Shown here: piece after piece, positions 1 to 10,097 of the stretch | Position numbering within the stretch: the stretch's first letter is position 1 | Layout: every line of letters begins with the position of its first letter | Origin: Minisyncoccota bacterium | GTDB taxonomy: Bacteria > Patescibacteriota > Minisyncoccia > Minisyncoccales > RBG-13-42-11 | Assembly (NCBI GenBank): GCA_041653495.1 | Contig: JBAZFF010000001.1 | Location: forward strand, 4,987 to 68,986 | Direction of reading: 5' to 3' | Length of the DNA: 64,000 nucleotides | Position numbers and translations under genes: made by a program | Notes under the pieces: generated by a model | What the model saw: only the letters and a program-made list of their open reading frames with translations | Told to the model about the DNA's origin: nothing | Databases searched by the model: none

Positions 1-1
1 T

Positions 2-943
2 ACTCCCGTCATAAAGCATATTCCAGATTTTCTGGATTATTGCGAGGTCGAAAAAGGTTTGGCTAATAAAAGCCAGGAAAACTACCAAAGGTACCTGCAC
101 AAGTTCGTCTTGTGGCTCCAGGGATCCAATAGGGCCAATCTCCTACCCCACGAGCTGGACGCGGACACAGTTTGGGCTTACAGACTGTATTTAAGCCGTT
201 TTCAGGACCCCCAAGGCCATACCCTTAAAAAGGTGACCCAGAACTACTATCTTATCGCTCTAAGAGCCCTTTTAAGCTATTTTACGGCCAAAGACATAGT
301 TTCATTGCCTGCAGACAAGATTAAGCTGCCGAAGGACGCTAAAAACGAGAAAACTGTAAAGTTCCTCTCATTAGACCAGGTTGAGAAGCTTTTGCTGGCT
401 CCGAACGTAGAAATACGGGAAGGGCTGCGTGATCGAGCTATTTTAGAGAGTCTGTTTTCCACGGGCTTAAGGATCGCCGAACTCACGGCCCTGAACCGCG
501 AACAGTTCGCCAACATAAAAGACAAGAAGGATCTGGAAATCGGAATCATAGGAAAAGGCGCGCACCCAAGGACGGTTTACTTTTCAGAAAGGGCTCTAGA
601 GTGGGTCAGAAAGTATCTGGCCGACAGGAATGACAAGGACAAGGCCTTGTTCATCCACTATAAGTCCAGGAACGATGCAGACAACAGGCTGACCCCAAGA
701 TCCATAGAAAGACTGGTTAAGAAATATTGCGTCTTGTCCGGAGTGCCGATTTCTACCACGCCGCATACATTAAGACACTCCTACGCTACTGATTTATTAA
801 ACCAAGGAGTGGATCTAAGAACCATCCAGGAATTCCTTGGCCACAGAAATATCGTTACGACCCAGGTATACACTCACGTGACCAATAAGAGGCTGAGGGA
901 CGTGCACAGACAATTCCACAGCGGAAAAAGCATGAAGAATTAA
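2..943 (+). CDS. Xer-family tyrosine recombinase (5' end extends beyond window)
   Basis: The frame is open from base 2 (TPVIKHIPDFLDYCEVEKGLANKSQENY). Catalytic motifs GLRIAEL, GKG, HTLRHS, LGH and VYTH are present, with a Xer-like N-terminus. Confidence 0.93.
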   Translation, partial: TPVIKHIPDFLDYCEVEKGLANKSQENYQRYLHKFVLWLQGSNRANLLPHELDADTVWAYRLYLSRFQDPQGHTLKKVTQNYYLIALRALLSYFTAKDIVSLPADKIKLPKDAKNEKTVKFLSLDQVEKLLLAPNVEIREGLRDRAILESLFSTGLRIAELTALNREQFANIKDKKDLEIGIIGKGAHPRTVYFSERALEWVRKYLADRNDKDKALFIHYKSRNDADNRLTPRSIERLVKKYCVLSGVPISTTPHTLRHSYATDLLNQGVDLRTIQEFLGHRNIVTTQVYTHVTNKRLRDVHRQFHSGKSMKN

Positions 944-947
944 TTTA

Positions 948-974
948 AAAACCACTAGCTCCCCTAGTGGTTTC
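948..974. terminator. Intrinsic terminator hairpin after xer
   Basis: AAACCACTAG-ctccc-CTAGTGGTTT inverted repeat immediately after the stop codon. Confidence 0.7.
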
Positions 975-984
975 TGTCTTTCAA

Positions 985-998
985 TATATGTCGCACAA
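985..998 (+). repeat. Left-arm copy of the dif-like site (TATATGTCGCACAA)
   Basis: 14 bp identical to 14277-14290. It is followed by TATTAA-GGCACAAAACA rather than the GGTAGA spacer and right arm. Confidence 0.75.
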
Positions 999-1054
999 TA
1001 TTAAGGCACAAAACATCTGAATAATAAAAAGACTCTAGACAATAATGCCTAGAG

Positions 1055-2422
1055 TCAAACGGAATAATAAACGTAGTATCCTTTAGTAGAAGCTATCACC
1101 TCCTCTAGCAACTCTACCTTTTCTTTTGAAACAGCCTCCCTCAAACAAGTCCCTCCGAAGTCTAGAACCTTCCAGTCCAAGCCCGAAGAGAATCCGGAAA
1201 GATGTTCAAGATGATCCACCCTTTTCCCCATTTCTGCCGCGAATTTCTTCTGTTCGCCCTCCGTGTTGAATTTCCGGCAGGACAGGTTCTCTGGCTCAAT
1301 ATAACATTTAGCCAGCTCGGGATTATCCTTTTTTAGGAAATTTTCCAGCCACATGTCCCCGTTGGTCAGAAGATCTTCTTTGGTGATTAATCCTTTTTCA
1401 TAAAGCGGTTGGACCATATTCTTTAGATAAAGATCCAAGGCTCTAGAATAAGGATTAAAAAGGAATTCCTGAAATTCATAAGCCCGCAGGAGTAGGAAGT
1501 TGAAAAGCCTGTCCGGATTGATAAAGATGAAACTGTCTTTCTGTTCTGAGAATCTTATGTCTTGCCAGATATCCATGATTAAAGGATTCTCGACACACAG
1601 ATCTCTTATCTTCCCGGGACGGAGCATTCCTACAGAACGACAGTCTAAAGCGGTATAGGCAATCTTGTCTTCAATATCCAGAAATTTACCCAGTACCCCT
1701 TCATTCATCACCACCTTCTGAGCCTCTTTTACATTAAAGCCTAATCTTTTCCATTTTCTATCGAGGCCGTAATGTCTTATAGACCAAGTAAAATTTGCTT
1801 CTTCGTCCAGATTTACAGGATCCACCCTCTTTACCGAATCCCCACCTACCGGCGTAGCCAAGTCATGGCAGCCGAAGGCAAGAATCACGGGAGCCCTTTT
1901 TGAGATAGTAAAACCATTTCTAGCCATAACTACGTCGGCCAGAATGGCTACCAGTAAGGAATGTATCCACCTCGTATGATGGAACTGAGGAGTGGTATAA
2001 ACAATGCTTACATTTTTCTCCCATCCTTCCGGCCAGGGCGGAACCAGATATCCCAATTGTGAAATCTGACCCAACCTATGGAAGGCGGCATTGCAACACA
2101 AGTCGTTGTAAATCCCTTTCTCGTCGATATCTACATAAAAGTCCGTCGAACTGAAAGGAAAGGTTATCCTCTCAAAGCCGATGGAATCTCCGAAGGAATC
2201 AACCACGTTGATGTGCTTGTCCCGCGGAATCACATAGACTTCCGGATGTAAGGGATTATAAAGCTCACTGAGCCCGACTTGCTTTCCTTCTGCAGCGCTC
2301 AATTGAGAGCTCTCTAATGCCTTTTGCCATCTATCTCCGAAATCATTCAAGAATCCGGGATGATGGCCGAAGCTTGGCGGAGCTGGCGGTAACCAGAAGT
2401 TTTTCTCTTCTTTTATGTCCAT
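1055..2422 (-). CDS. HD-domain phosphohydrolase, SAMHD1/dNTP-triphosphohydrolase-like
   Basis: Motifs RLGQISQLG, HTRWIHSL, HDLATPVGGD and DIEDKIAY match the HD superfamily pattern. GGAGG RBS upstream. Confidence 0.7.
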   Translation of the reverse strand: MDIKEEKNFWLPPAPPSFGHHPGFLNDFGDRWQKALESSQLSAAEGKQVGLSELYNPLHPEVYVIPRDKHINVVDSFGDSIGFERITFPFSSTDFYVDIDEKGIYNDLCCNAAFHRLGQISQLGYLVPPWPEGWEKNVSIVYTTPQFHHTRWIHSLLVAILADVVMARNGFTISKRAPVILAFGCHDLATPVGGDSVKRVDPVNLDEEANFTWSIRHYGLDRKWKRLGFNVKEAQKVVMNEGVLGKFLDIEDKIAYTALDCRSVGMLRPGKIRDLCVENPLIMDIWQDIRFSEQKDSFIFINPDRLFNFLLLRAYEFQEFLFNPYSRALDLYLKNMVQPLYEKGLITKEDLLTNGDMWLENFLKKDNPELAKCYIEPENLSCRKFNTEGEQKKFAAEMGKRVDHLEHLSGFSSGLDWKVLDFGGTCLREAVSKEKVELLEEVIASTKGYYVYYSV

Positions 2423-3008
2423 CTTCCCTCCTTCTTAAACTTTTTTAAAATAGCTTTGCGAATCTTATAATATAACATTTTTCCTAAAAAAATCAATGTC
2501 AAAGAAAAAAGGGTGAAATAATCACCCTGAAAATAGAATAAGAATGGGGAGAGTCTCGGTCATCCCCTTCCCTGAAGAGCGTCCCTTGGTTCGGAGCGCA
2601 TACATCAACTTGGGAGTTGCAGATAACCACAAAATAGATTTAATCTCATGTCCGCAAGAATGGGTACACGACGGCCCTCATAAATGCTAATAAACATGAA
2701 TCTCTCTCAAAGACTCTCCCCGGAAAAAATTAAAAAGAACGAGAAAGAAGGAAGAGCCGGGTTGTTTTATTGCCTGTATCAAACAATGGGCGTCATCGGC
2801 AATCTGACCATGCCAGGACTCTTCCTCCTCCGAATCCAGAAAAGCCTAAAAACATCGGCACCCTCTCAGTTAATTAGACATCTCCAGATCCTGAAACCTC
2901 TTTGTTTTTAATTGAGTATAAAGACCTCCTTTTAATAGACGTTTCCATTTTAAGAAAACGGAGTGCTTTCCCTTAGTCTTATTCAGATTATCGGATTTGT
3001 CAATTCAA

Positions 3009-3587
3009 TTATTTTTCTTCAAACTTAGTTTCGTTTGGGAATAACAGCTGGTAGGGATAGCCTACGTAGTTTATCTCTATCTTCCCGCATCCCAGGTTTT
3101 TGAGGAAAGCTATCATCTCATCTGTTATTTTCTTTGGGTCTGCGTTCTGATCTTTGCCTATGTATTCTATCTCTACAAAATCCCCTAAGTTCTTTACAAA
3201 ATCCAAATCTATCTCGTAATCCTTATAAGTCCAGGTTTTCCTCAATTTATCTACGACTGCCAGGGATTTGAAATCCAGAACCTTTAATATTTTTTCGATC
3301 TGGTCTATGTCTTCAACTTTAGTCTCGTATTCGTCGCAAAAGCCGCTGCTCTTTCCGTTCTCGTCGTAATGCCAGTTCTTGTAGTTTATCAATCCCCTGT
3401 CCCCTTCTCTCCTTAACCTGAGCCACTCTTTCACTGGCCTCTCTTTTATAAAATCCTTATGACTAGGGGTAAAGTATTCATCCACCTGGTGCTTTTCTTT
3501 TTTAAACTCCGCTTCTTTCTCCAAGAATGCTATCAAAGGCTTATTATTCCCTATTTTAACTTGTATTTCTATTTCTTTGTCGTTCAT
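3009..3587 (-). CDS. CYTH / class IV adenylate cyclase-like protein
   Basis: EIEIQ N-terminus, LRLR, EYET, KLRKTW, FVEIE, GY motifs. Confidence 0.85.
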   Translation of the reverse strand: MNDKEIEIQVKIGNNKPLIAFLEKEAEFKKEKHQVDEYFTPSHKDFIKERPVKEWLRLRREGDRGLINYKNWHYDENGKSSGFCDEYETKVEDIDQIEKILKVLDFKSLAVVDKLRKTWTYKDYEIDLDFVKNLGDFVEIEYIGKDQNADPKKITDEMIAFLKNLGCGKIEINYVGYPYQLLFPNETKFEEK

Positions 3588-3994
3588 TTTGAATATTTAA
3601 GGCTTTTAGTTAAAGTTTCCTTGAGCCAATCCGGAAATTCTTTTCCTTCGAGTATTTCTTCTTTAGTAAACCATTGGCTGCGGATATGTTCGCGGCTCAA
3701 AACAACCTCTGGTTTTTTCTTTAGGATGCATAAAAAATCAATCCCTCTGGATTTGTTTTTCCCCTCGTGGATCCATTCTTTCACGGGAAATGTGTCGCAA
3801 GAAGAAACGTCTATCCCAGCCTCTTCTTTAATCTCTCTAATCAGGACTTCCCTCTCTGTCTCTTCTGGTTTAGGGCCTCCTCCTGGGAGATCCCATTCTG
3901 AGGGGCGGATGTTGTCGTCCGGGCTTCTCAATAATAAAAGGTTTTTGTTTTCAAATAAAAGCAGGGCTTTGGCTGCGCTGAATAATTCATTCAT
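3584..3994 (-). CDS. NUDIX hydrolase
   Basis: Nudix box WDLPGG...ETEREVLIREIKEEAGI, plus LSREH. Confidence 0.9.
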   Translation of the reverse strand: MNELFSAAKALLLFENKNLLLLRSPDDNIRPSEWDLPGGGPKPEETEREVLIREIKEEAGIDVSSCDTFPVKEWIHEGKNKSRGIDFLCILKKKPEVVLSREHIRSQWFTKEEILEGKEFPDWLKETLTKSLKYSK

Positions 3995-4553
3995 TTTTGT
4001 TATTCTTTAATAAGATATCCAATAACAACATTGTGGCCTTGTATTGATTCCTTACTAACTTCCTTGCTTCCGGAAGGCTTATTTTGCTGGCCCAGTCTTT
4101 CTTTAGCTTTTCATGCGTCCATTCCAGCATCGTATTGAAATCGTACCCCTGCTTAGTCCTCCAATAAAAGAATACTGGAAGGGCGTCAAGATGAGCCATC
4201 GCGTCAGCGTTGGCCACGATCTTGGCGGTCATTGTCTTTGGTTTAGGTCCTTTGCTGGTCCTGTGGGTCAGGACGCAATGCTTCACTTCTTCTATGGTCT
4301 CTCTGGGATAATTCAGCTTTTTCAATATTGATTCCGCCCTTGCGACGCCTACAATATGGTGCTCCTGATCTTTCTTTATGCCCACTCTACCTATGTCGTG
4401 CAATAAGGCGGCTAATTCGGTGATTTCCCGGTTTGTCTTGTATATCCTAGACAGCTTATTCGCGTATTGGACAACCAAAGAGACGTGGTTCTTCCAATCA
4501 ACCTCGTCAAACTGACTTTTTACTAATTTTCTGACTTTTTCTAATTTGGTCAT
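3987..4553 (-). CDS. HD-domain protein
   Basis: NHV...ALLHDIGR...HH...HR...NADAMAH. Confidence 0.88.
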   Translation of the reverse strand: MTKLEKVRKLVKSQFDEVDWKNHVSLVVQYANKLSRIYKTNREITELAALLHDIGRVGIKKDQEHHIVGVARAESILKKLNYPRETIEEVKHCVLTHRTSKGPKPKTMTAKIVANADAMAHLDALPVFFYWRTKQGYDFNTMLEWTHEKLKKDWASKISLPEARKLVRNQYKATMLLLDILLKNNKNE

Positions 4554-5125
4554 TTCTTAACTGTTTTATCAAGCGTTAATATCTTATAATCAAGTTCGTT
4601 TATTCCGCTTAATTGATAAACCTGGAAAGTGGAGAATATCTTTTTGTCTTTTTGGTCCAGATTAAGTAATTCTATACCTTCGTCCACTTCTTCCCAAGTA
4701 GGAGCTTCTATCTCCAAATAAGGATTGAGCAAGGGCCAGAAATCTATATCAAACTCAATATTCCTCAGCTTATAGCGTATTCTCCTGTTCTCTTCGTAAA
4801 ACTTCTCTATCATACCAAGTTTCAAGACTAATTCTGCGGTCTTATCAAAATCGCTTACGTTTACCTCTATTTCTTCCATCCCTTCGTCGTTAGCCTTGCC
4901 ATCATGTCCTTTCATTCCTAATCTCTGCTTGAAGGTAAAAGTAATCTTATCTCCTTCGTCCCTCAAACGCAGATAAGCTCCTTTTTCGTTCAATCTTAAA
5001 TCCGGATAGTCATACACCCTTCTCTTATAGATCTTATCGAAGATCTTTTCGGCCCCGATCTCTTTTAACCTGTTTTCTGTCTTTACGGGATCTATATTTA
5101 AGAATTTTACTTCGTTCTCCTGCAT
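4550..5125 (-). CDS. CYTH / class IV adenylate cyclase-like protein
   Basis: ENEVK, YLRLRDEG, EIEV, YLEIE motifs. Confidence 0.87.
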   Translation of the reverse strand: MQENEVKFLNIDPVKTENRLKEIGAEKIFDKIYKRRVYDYPDLRLNEKGAYLRLRDEGDKITFTFKQRLGMKGHDGKANDEGMEEIEVNVSDFDKTAELVLKLGMIEKFYEENRRIRYKLRNIEFDIDFWPLLNPYLEIEAPTWEEVDEGIELLNLDQKDKKIFSTFQVYQLSGINELDYKILTLDKTVKK

Positions 5126-5424
5126 TATTCTTTAAATAATTTTTCTTCTTCTTTAATGATTCTTGAAACTATTTTCTCGACATCCAAGCCGTGAAGATTG
5201 GCTAGCATGACTAGCTGAATAAATATATCCCCTATGGCATTTTCAACTTCCTTCTCATCGTATTTGCCTCTTCCCGTTCCCTTATTAACGTATTGCCTGG
5301 AAAGCTCTCCAATCTCCTCTATTAGATGATTGAATGTCTTTTGAATATCCGGAGTGTTTTTTCTTTTTTTATCCCACTTAGAAAGAAACTCAATTATTTT
5401 ACTTTGGAATTCTTTCACTGTCAT
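5125..5424 (-). CDS. MazG-like nucleotide pyrophosphohydrolase
   Basis: LIEEIGEL...ENAIGD motif. The likely start is MTVKEFQ at 5424. Confidence 0.8.
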   Translation of the reverse strand: MTVKEFQSKIIEFLSKWDKKRKNTPDIQKTFNHLIEEIGELSRQYVNKGTGRGKYDEKEVENAIGDIFIQLVMLANLHGLDVEKIVSRIIKEEEKLFKE

Positions 5425-5449
5425 GTTTCTATTATAATTAATAAATAAA

Positions 5450-5839
5450 TTACTTTGAATAATATTCTTTCTTAGATTCTTCCGGTTCTTCAAGCGTATT
5501 ATAATCTATAATTATTTCTTCCCCCGCTTTAATATCTCTCAGAGCGTAATAGTTATAGTCCTTGTGATAAGCATTCGGATCCTTGGAGTGATTTATATAC
5601 CAACCGACCTCCATGTGCCCAAAATCTTTAGGACACAACAACATATCTCCCCTATCCACACAATATTCTTGGAAGAGCTCTGGAATATCCTTTCTCTCTC
5701 TTGATATAGATACCTCTACGTTTTCTTCGTTAAACAATCTGAGATATGTGTCTTTCTTAATATCGTGAACAGCAAAGACACCGACGCCGTATTTAGCGGG
5801 TTTTAGTATGAAAGAAAATTCTGTTGTTCTATTTTCCAT
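5450..5839 (-). CDS. SET-domain protein
   Basis: GVGVFAVHDIKK, YINHSKDPN and ALRDIKAGEEIIIDY SET motifs. Confidence 0.9.
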   Translation of the reverse strand: MENRTTEFSFILKPAKYGVGVFAVHDIKKDTYLRLFNEENVEVSISRERKDIPELFQEYCVDRGDMLLCPKDFGHMEVGWYINHSKDPNAYHKDYNYYALRDIKAGEEIIIDYNTLEEPEESKKEYYSK

Positions 5840-6971
5840 ATTGTTGCTTTAAGTATTTCTTCCCCTTTAACTTCTCCGGCAGATAATCTTCTTTGGAATA
5901 ATCTTCATATCCCTTCCCGTAGTTCAACTGTTCCATAAGCTTGGTTTCTGCATTCCTTAGTCTTAAGGGAATGGGAAGGTTCCCGTAAGTCTTTACGTCT
6001 TTCATAGCCGACATAAGGCCGGCGTATGCGCTTCTGTTCTTCTTGCATTGGCACAAATAAGCCACTCCGTGAGCTAAGTTAATGGCGCATTCAGGCAATC
6101 CTATGATCTCAACCGATCTGAATACTTCGTTTGCCACCACCAAGGCCGTGGGCACGGCCAATCCTATGTCTTCTGAAGCAAAGATCACCATTCTCCTGGC
6201 AATGAACTTTGGATCTTCCCCGGAATCTATCATCCTGGCTAAATAATATAAGGCTGCATTAGGCTGACTGGCCCTCATGCTCTTAATGAAGGCTGATATG
6301 GTATTATAGTGCTCTTCCCCTACTTTATCGTATCTTAAGAACTTTGACTGCAGGGTATTGGTTAAGTTCTTTACATTAATAGTCTTATAAAGCTGGCTCG
6401 TATTCTCAAGCATGGTAATAGCCTGCCTTGCGTCTCCATTAGCCATATTAATGAGCCAGTCTGTAGACTTCTTGTCTATCTTTAACTTGGTCCTCTTTAT
6501 TATGGTTTCCATGTCTTTGTCTGAAAGCTCGTTTAAGACAAAAACTCTGCATCTGGATAATAAGGGAGCTATCACTTCAAAGCTGGGATTCTCCGTAGTG
6601 GCTCCGATCAGGGTCAATTCCCCTCTTTCTACGTAAGGAAGAAGGAAATCCTGCTGAGCTTTGTTGAATCTGTGTATTTCATCTAAGAACAAAACCTTGG
6701 GATATCCTTTCGTATCTTCTTCTATTATCCTCTTAATATCAGCTTTTCCGGCTGATACCGCAGATAATTCATAGAGTTTGGCGTCCAAGCTCTTAGCGTA
6801 TATCTTGGCCAGAGTTGTTTTTCCGGTTCCCGGAGGACCCCAGAAGATAAACGAAAAGAGATGCTTTTTCTTTATAGCAACGTTCAAAGGCTTTCCTTCC
6901 CCTACCAAATGTTCCTGGCCTACGAAGTCTTTTAGTGTCTCTGGCCTTATTTTTGAGGCTAATGGCTCCAT
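5829..6971 (-). CDS. rarA: Replication-associated recombination protein A (MgsA/RarA AAA+)
   Basis: PLASKIRP, GPPGTGKT, DEIHRFNKAQQD, ISAFIKSMRAS, ASEDIG. Confidence 0.95.
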   Translation of the reverse strand: MEPLASKIRPETLKDFVGQEHLVGEGKPLNVAIKKKHLFSFIFWGPPGTGKTTLAKIYAKSLDAKLYELSAVSAGKADIKRIIEEDTKGYPKVLFLDEIHRFNKAQQDFLLPYVERGELTLIGATTENPSFEVIAPLLSRCRVFVLNELSDKDMETIIKRTKLKIDKKSTDWLINMANGDARQAITMLENTSQLYKTINVKNLTNTLQSKFLRYDKVGEEHYNTISAFIKSMRASQPNAALYYLARMIDSGEDPKFIARRMVIFASEDIGLAVPTALVVANEVFRSVEIIGLPECAINLAHGVAYLCQCKKNRSAYAGLMSAMKDVKTYGNLPIPLRLRNAETKLMEQLNYGKGYEDYSKEDYLPEKLKGKKYLKQQYGK

Positions 6972-7117
6972 ACCTTAATCTAACAAAAAACCGCCTGATT
7001 GGCGATTACCATCTTCCGAGCTGTGAGAGAACTTAGAACTATCATTTTAAGCGGTTGGAAGTCCTATGAACTGGACGCAGCCGTGGATATGCTGGAAGGA
7101 AAGTTCCCAGTAAATAT

Positions 7118-10093
7118 TTAAATCTGACTTCTTGTCGATATTTGATACTTTTTCTTTCTCCTATCAAAAGCCCTCTCTCCACCTTCCAGGATATCGCATA
7201 CCTGTTCAATAATTCCATTCTCAAACTGGTCAACGGGCATATTTGGTAATTGTCTTGCCTGATCCTCAAGTGAACCACAATCATATTCAAGACGAGGCGT
7301 GCGCTTGCCATTATAATTTGAAACGATGATTTGCTCGGCGTCTGTATTGACGACAAGATTAGGATTGTGAGTCACTATTATAATTTGTCGGTATTGTTTC
7401 CTCGATCGGAAATAATCGATTAAATCTTTATAAACCGACAGATTATCCAGATTTTCTTCTGGTTGGTCTATAATAAGCGGCCTGTAATCTCCTTTATCTA
7501 TCTCCAAATAAAGCATTAAAAGAATAATACCTTTTTGACCAGGAGATAGGAGGTACAAATCTGTGTCATCGAATTTTAAAGACGAAATAATCTTAAAATT
7601 CGTTGGATCGAAGAGCCAATTAAAGAAATCGTCGATACTATAATTTTCCCGTAGCTGTTCTTCAATAGAAATAATACCACCTTCAAAAGCGGTAAAACTC
7701 TCTAAAATTTTATTAATCTGTGCCTCTAACATTGCATCAGCAAAATCACCTCTCATGCATTCATCCCAGAAATAATTTAGTGTTGTTTTTAGCGTGTTGA
7801 TTTCTCTAAAATTTCCACGTCGCGTTCTGTCAATAATATCTAAACCACTTCGATAATGAGAATCGAGCTGGTAATTGATCTGTGCTTCAAATACAAGTTT
7901 TTTATCTGTGTCAGTTCCAGCAGAAAGTATATCTTGTAATGGTTTGTACAACTGCTCGATCTGCGTTTTTTCCTCTTTTAATAATTTAAAATAAGAACAG
8001 TAAGTAGTCATTCTATCTTTCTCTAAACGTTCTTTCTCTGGAGTAGATTCTGTTTTTATTTTAGTTATTTCATTCTCTAAGGCTTTAATTGATGCCTCGA
8101 CAGATAGGGCCGTTTTCTTTTGTTGTTGATACTTAAGTTTGGTTGTCTCAAAGGCTCTCGTTTGTTTCTGTTTTTCATCAATCCCATTATTTAAAGACTG
8201 CAGATTATCAAAGGGTAAGTCGATGGCTTGGATTGCAAGCAATTGAGCAACATCTTTCTTGGCGCCTTCTTTTAGGGTTTTTAGTTTTCCGCTGATTTCA
8301 TTTTTCTTTTGATCAAGTAAAGTTTTAATACCAGACTCATCAATATCAACCCTAAAGACTGAGGAGTTAGTAATGCCTACGTCTTGTAAAAGAGTTCCTG
8401 TTTCCTCTCGAAATTCTTCAATATGAGTTTTAAAAACTTTTACTTTTGTTTCAATTTCAATAATTTTACTAATTTGTGCCTGTAGTTCAATTATTTTGTT
8501 CTCAAATTTCTTTTTTATTTCAGATAAAGCCGCGAGCTCTTCTTGTCCCTTCTTATCTTCGGCTGGAAGTTCGGGTAAACTTTTATTAAGTCTTTCTAAT
8601 TCTTTTTTCTTTTCATCAAAGGTTTTTTCTTTGTCGGGCAGCGTTTTAAGAATTGTGGACAAAGAGCCTATTTTTTTGTTTATACCATTAATCTTCTTTA
8701 ATACTTGGTCTTTTTCATATTGAAAAGAACTTAATATTCGAGATTTTAGTTCATCAAAATCGGAAGCTCCAATTCGTTCTGTTTCATCAAGTGCCTGAAA
8801 AATAACATTTTCTATTTGTCTTTGCAGCTTCTCACTATTCTTGTGTGAGCATAAGTCTTCCACTGCACCCTGCGGTAAATACTGAACCAATTCTTGATCC
8901 TTAGTAAGGTTACCGACTTCAAATTCGGTCTTCGAATCGTCGGCCCAATCGATTGTTATCTTAGTATTAGAAATACTACTTTTATGCTTGGCTGCTTTTT
9001 TCAAAAAAGCATCTTCGTTATCGTCTTTACTACCAGCACCATAAGCAATTGCTTCGACTAAGGCCGACTTTCCAGAACCCCTACCACCAATAACCGCAAT
9101 CAAATCTCGGTTCAATTCTAATTTAAAGTTATCAGGAAACCATCCGTTAGATGAAGGTATTGATATCTGTTTAATCACTTTATGGTCTGGCTTGAAATTG
9201 GGAGGCGTGACCCCGATAAAGACGCGCGCATCTGGTTCGTTCAGTACTTGCTTCAAACCAGCAAATGTCGGATCGGCTTTTATCCAAAGTAAAGTTTCGC
9301 CGATACGATCGATTTTGTGAGCGTCTGACGAATGGAGGATAAGACTATTTAATTTATTAGTGATAAGGTCCTGTTTGTTTTCAAGAATTTTTGCTGGATC
9401 GTCTAAGCTTGTTAAGGAAAAATTAGCAGTATTAATAATCGTCCGCTTCTCGGCCGCAGCTTGATTCCACCTTGATTGGTCCCATTCGGAATAGCCAATA
9501 GCAGTTACAAACCTTCCTTTAAAACAATTCTTCTTCAATAATTCTTCTATATCCTCTCTTTTATAGGTGATATTTTCGAAACCAACTTCCAGGTCCGATT
9601 TGCTTTGAACAGAGTTATCACTTGGCGCAGCTGCTTTAATTTGCTGGCCAAGCTCCTGAAGGGATCGAACTGTTGGCGTTTGTCGCCACTCGGTCTTATC
9701 CTGAATCTTATATCCAGTAGATAAACAATTTAACAATTGATCTTTAATATCTTGAACTGAAACTGATGGATCAAAAAGGATGTGAAAATTATGACGCTTA
9801 GCACTATCTGCTGTACCACTAAAAGTATTCAGTCGGAATTCGATATTCGGAACAATAAGCTCTATATTCGGTATCTCGTTTTTTCTTGTTAATAAATGTT
9901 CGTATCCTTCACAAAAAAGATAATCGGTTATACCAATTACCTTTATTTCTTTGGGAAGCGAAGCAAGCTTAGTAATGAATGCATCCCAAGACGTTTTGTT
10001 ATCTCCGCCATACTCCTGAATTATCGATTTTGGGGTGTGAATGTGTAGGTCCCATTTACGCCACTCAGAACCCCTTGGGTATTTACTATTCAT
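7118..10093 (-). CDS. PHP phosphoesterase + coiled-coil ABC/AAA ATPase (TrlF/Ppl-like defence protein)
   Basis: GSEWRKWDLHIHTP, ITDY, SDAH, WIKADPTF, GGRGSGKS, LSPGQK, IDQPEENLD, THNPNLVV, LEGG. Confidence 0.85.
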   Translation of the reverse strand: MNSKYPRGSEWRKWDLHIHTPKSIIQEYGGDNKTSWDAFITKLASLPKEIKVIGITDYLFCEGYEHLLTRKNEIPNIELIVPNIEFRLNTFSGTADSAKRHNFHILFDPSVSVQDIKDQLLNCLSTGYKIQDKTEWRQTPTVRSLQELGQQIKAAAPSDNSVQSKSDLEVGFENITYKREDIEELLKKNCFKGRFVTAIGYSEWDQSRWNQAAAEKRTIINTANFSLTSLDDPAKILENKQDLITNKLNSLILHSSDAHKIDRIGETLLWIKADPTFAGLKQVLNEPDARVFIGVTPPNFKPDHKVIKQISIPSSNGWFPDNFKLELNRDLIAVIGGRGSGKSALVEAIAYGAGSKDDNEDAFLKKAAKHKSSISNTKITIDWADDSKTEFEVGNLTKDQELVQYLPQGAVEDLCSHKNSEKLQRQIENVIFQALDETERIGASDFDELKSRILSSFQYEKDQVLKKINGINKKIGSLSTILKTLPDKEKTFDEKKKELERLNKSLPELPAEDKKGQEELAALSEIKKKFENKIIELQAQISKIIEIETKVKVFKTHIEEFREETGTLLQDVGITNSSVFRVDIDESGIKTLLDQKKNEISGKLKTLKEGAKKDVAQLLAIQAIDLPFDNLQSLNNGIDEKQKQTRAFETTKLKYQQQKKTALSVEASIKALENEITKIKTESTPEKERLEKDRMTTYCSYFKLLKEEKTQIEQLYKPLQDILSAGTDTDKKLVFEAQINYQLDSHYRSGLDIIDRTRRGNFREINTLKTTLNYFWDECMRGDFADAMLEAQINKILESFTAFEGGIISIEEQLRENYSIDDFFNWLFDPTNFKIISSLKFDDTDLYLLSPGQKGIILLMLYLEIDKGDYRPLIIDQPEENLDNLSVYKDLIDYFRSRKQYRQIIIVTHNPNLVVNTDAEQIIVSNYNGKRTPRLEYDCGSLEDQARQLPNMPVDQFENGIIEQVCDILEGGERAFDRRKKKYQISTRSQI

Positions 10094-10097
10094 ATTT

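Noticed and set aside
2522-2935. ORF 2684-2911 (+) or a gene behind the minus-strand AGGAGG at about 2925
   Set aside because: The plus ORF has no RBS or motifs and the minus frames close quickly. At most a decayed gene that I cannot call.
7042-7356. 104-aa ORF and a tRNA-like 3' end at about 7053-7083
   Set aside because: The ORF overlaps the ATPase gene in another frame, and the tRNA resemblance lacks a proper T-arm and acceptor stem.
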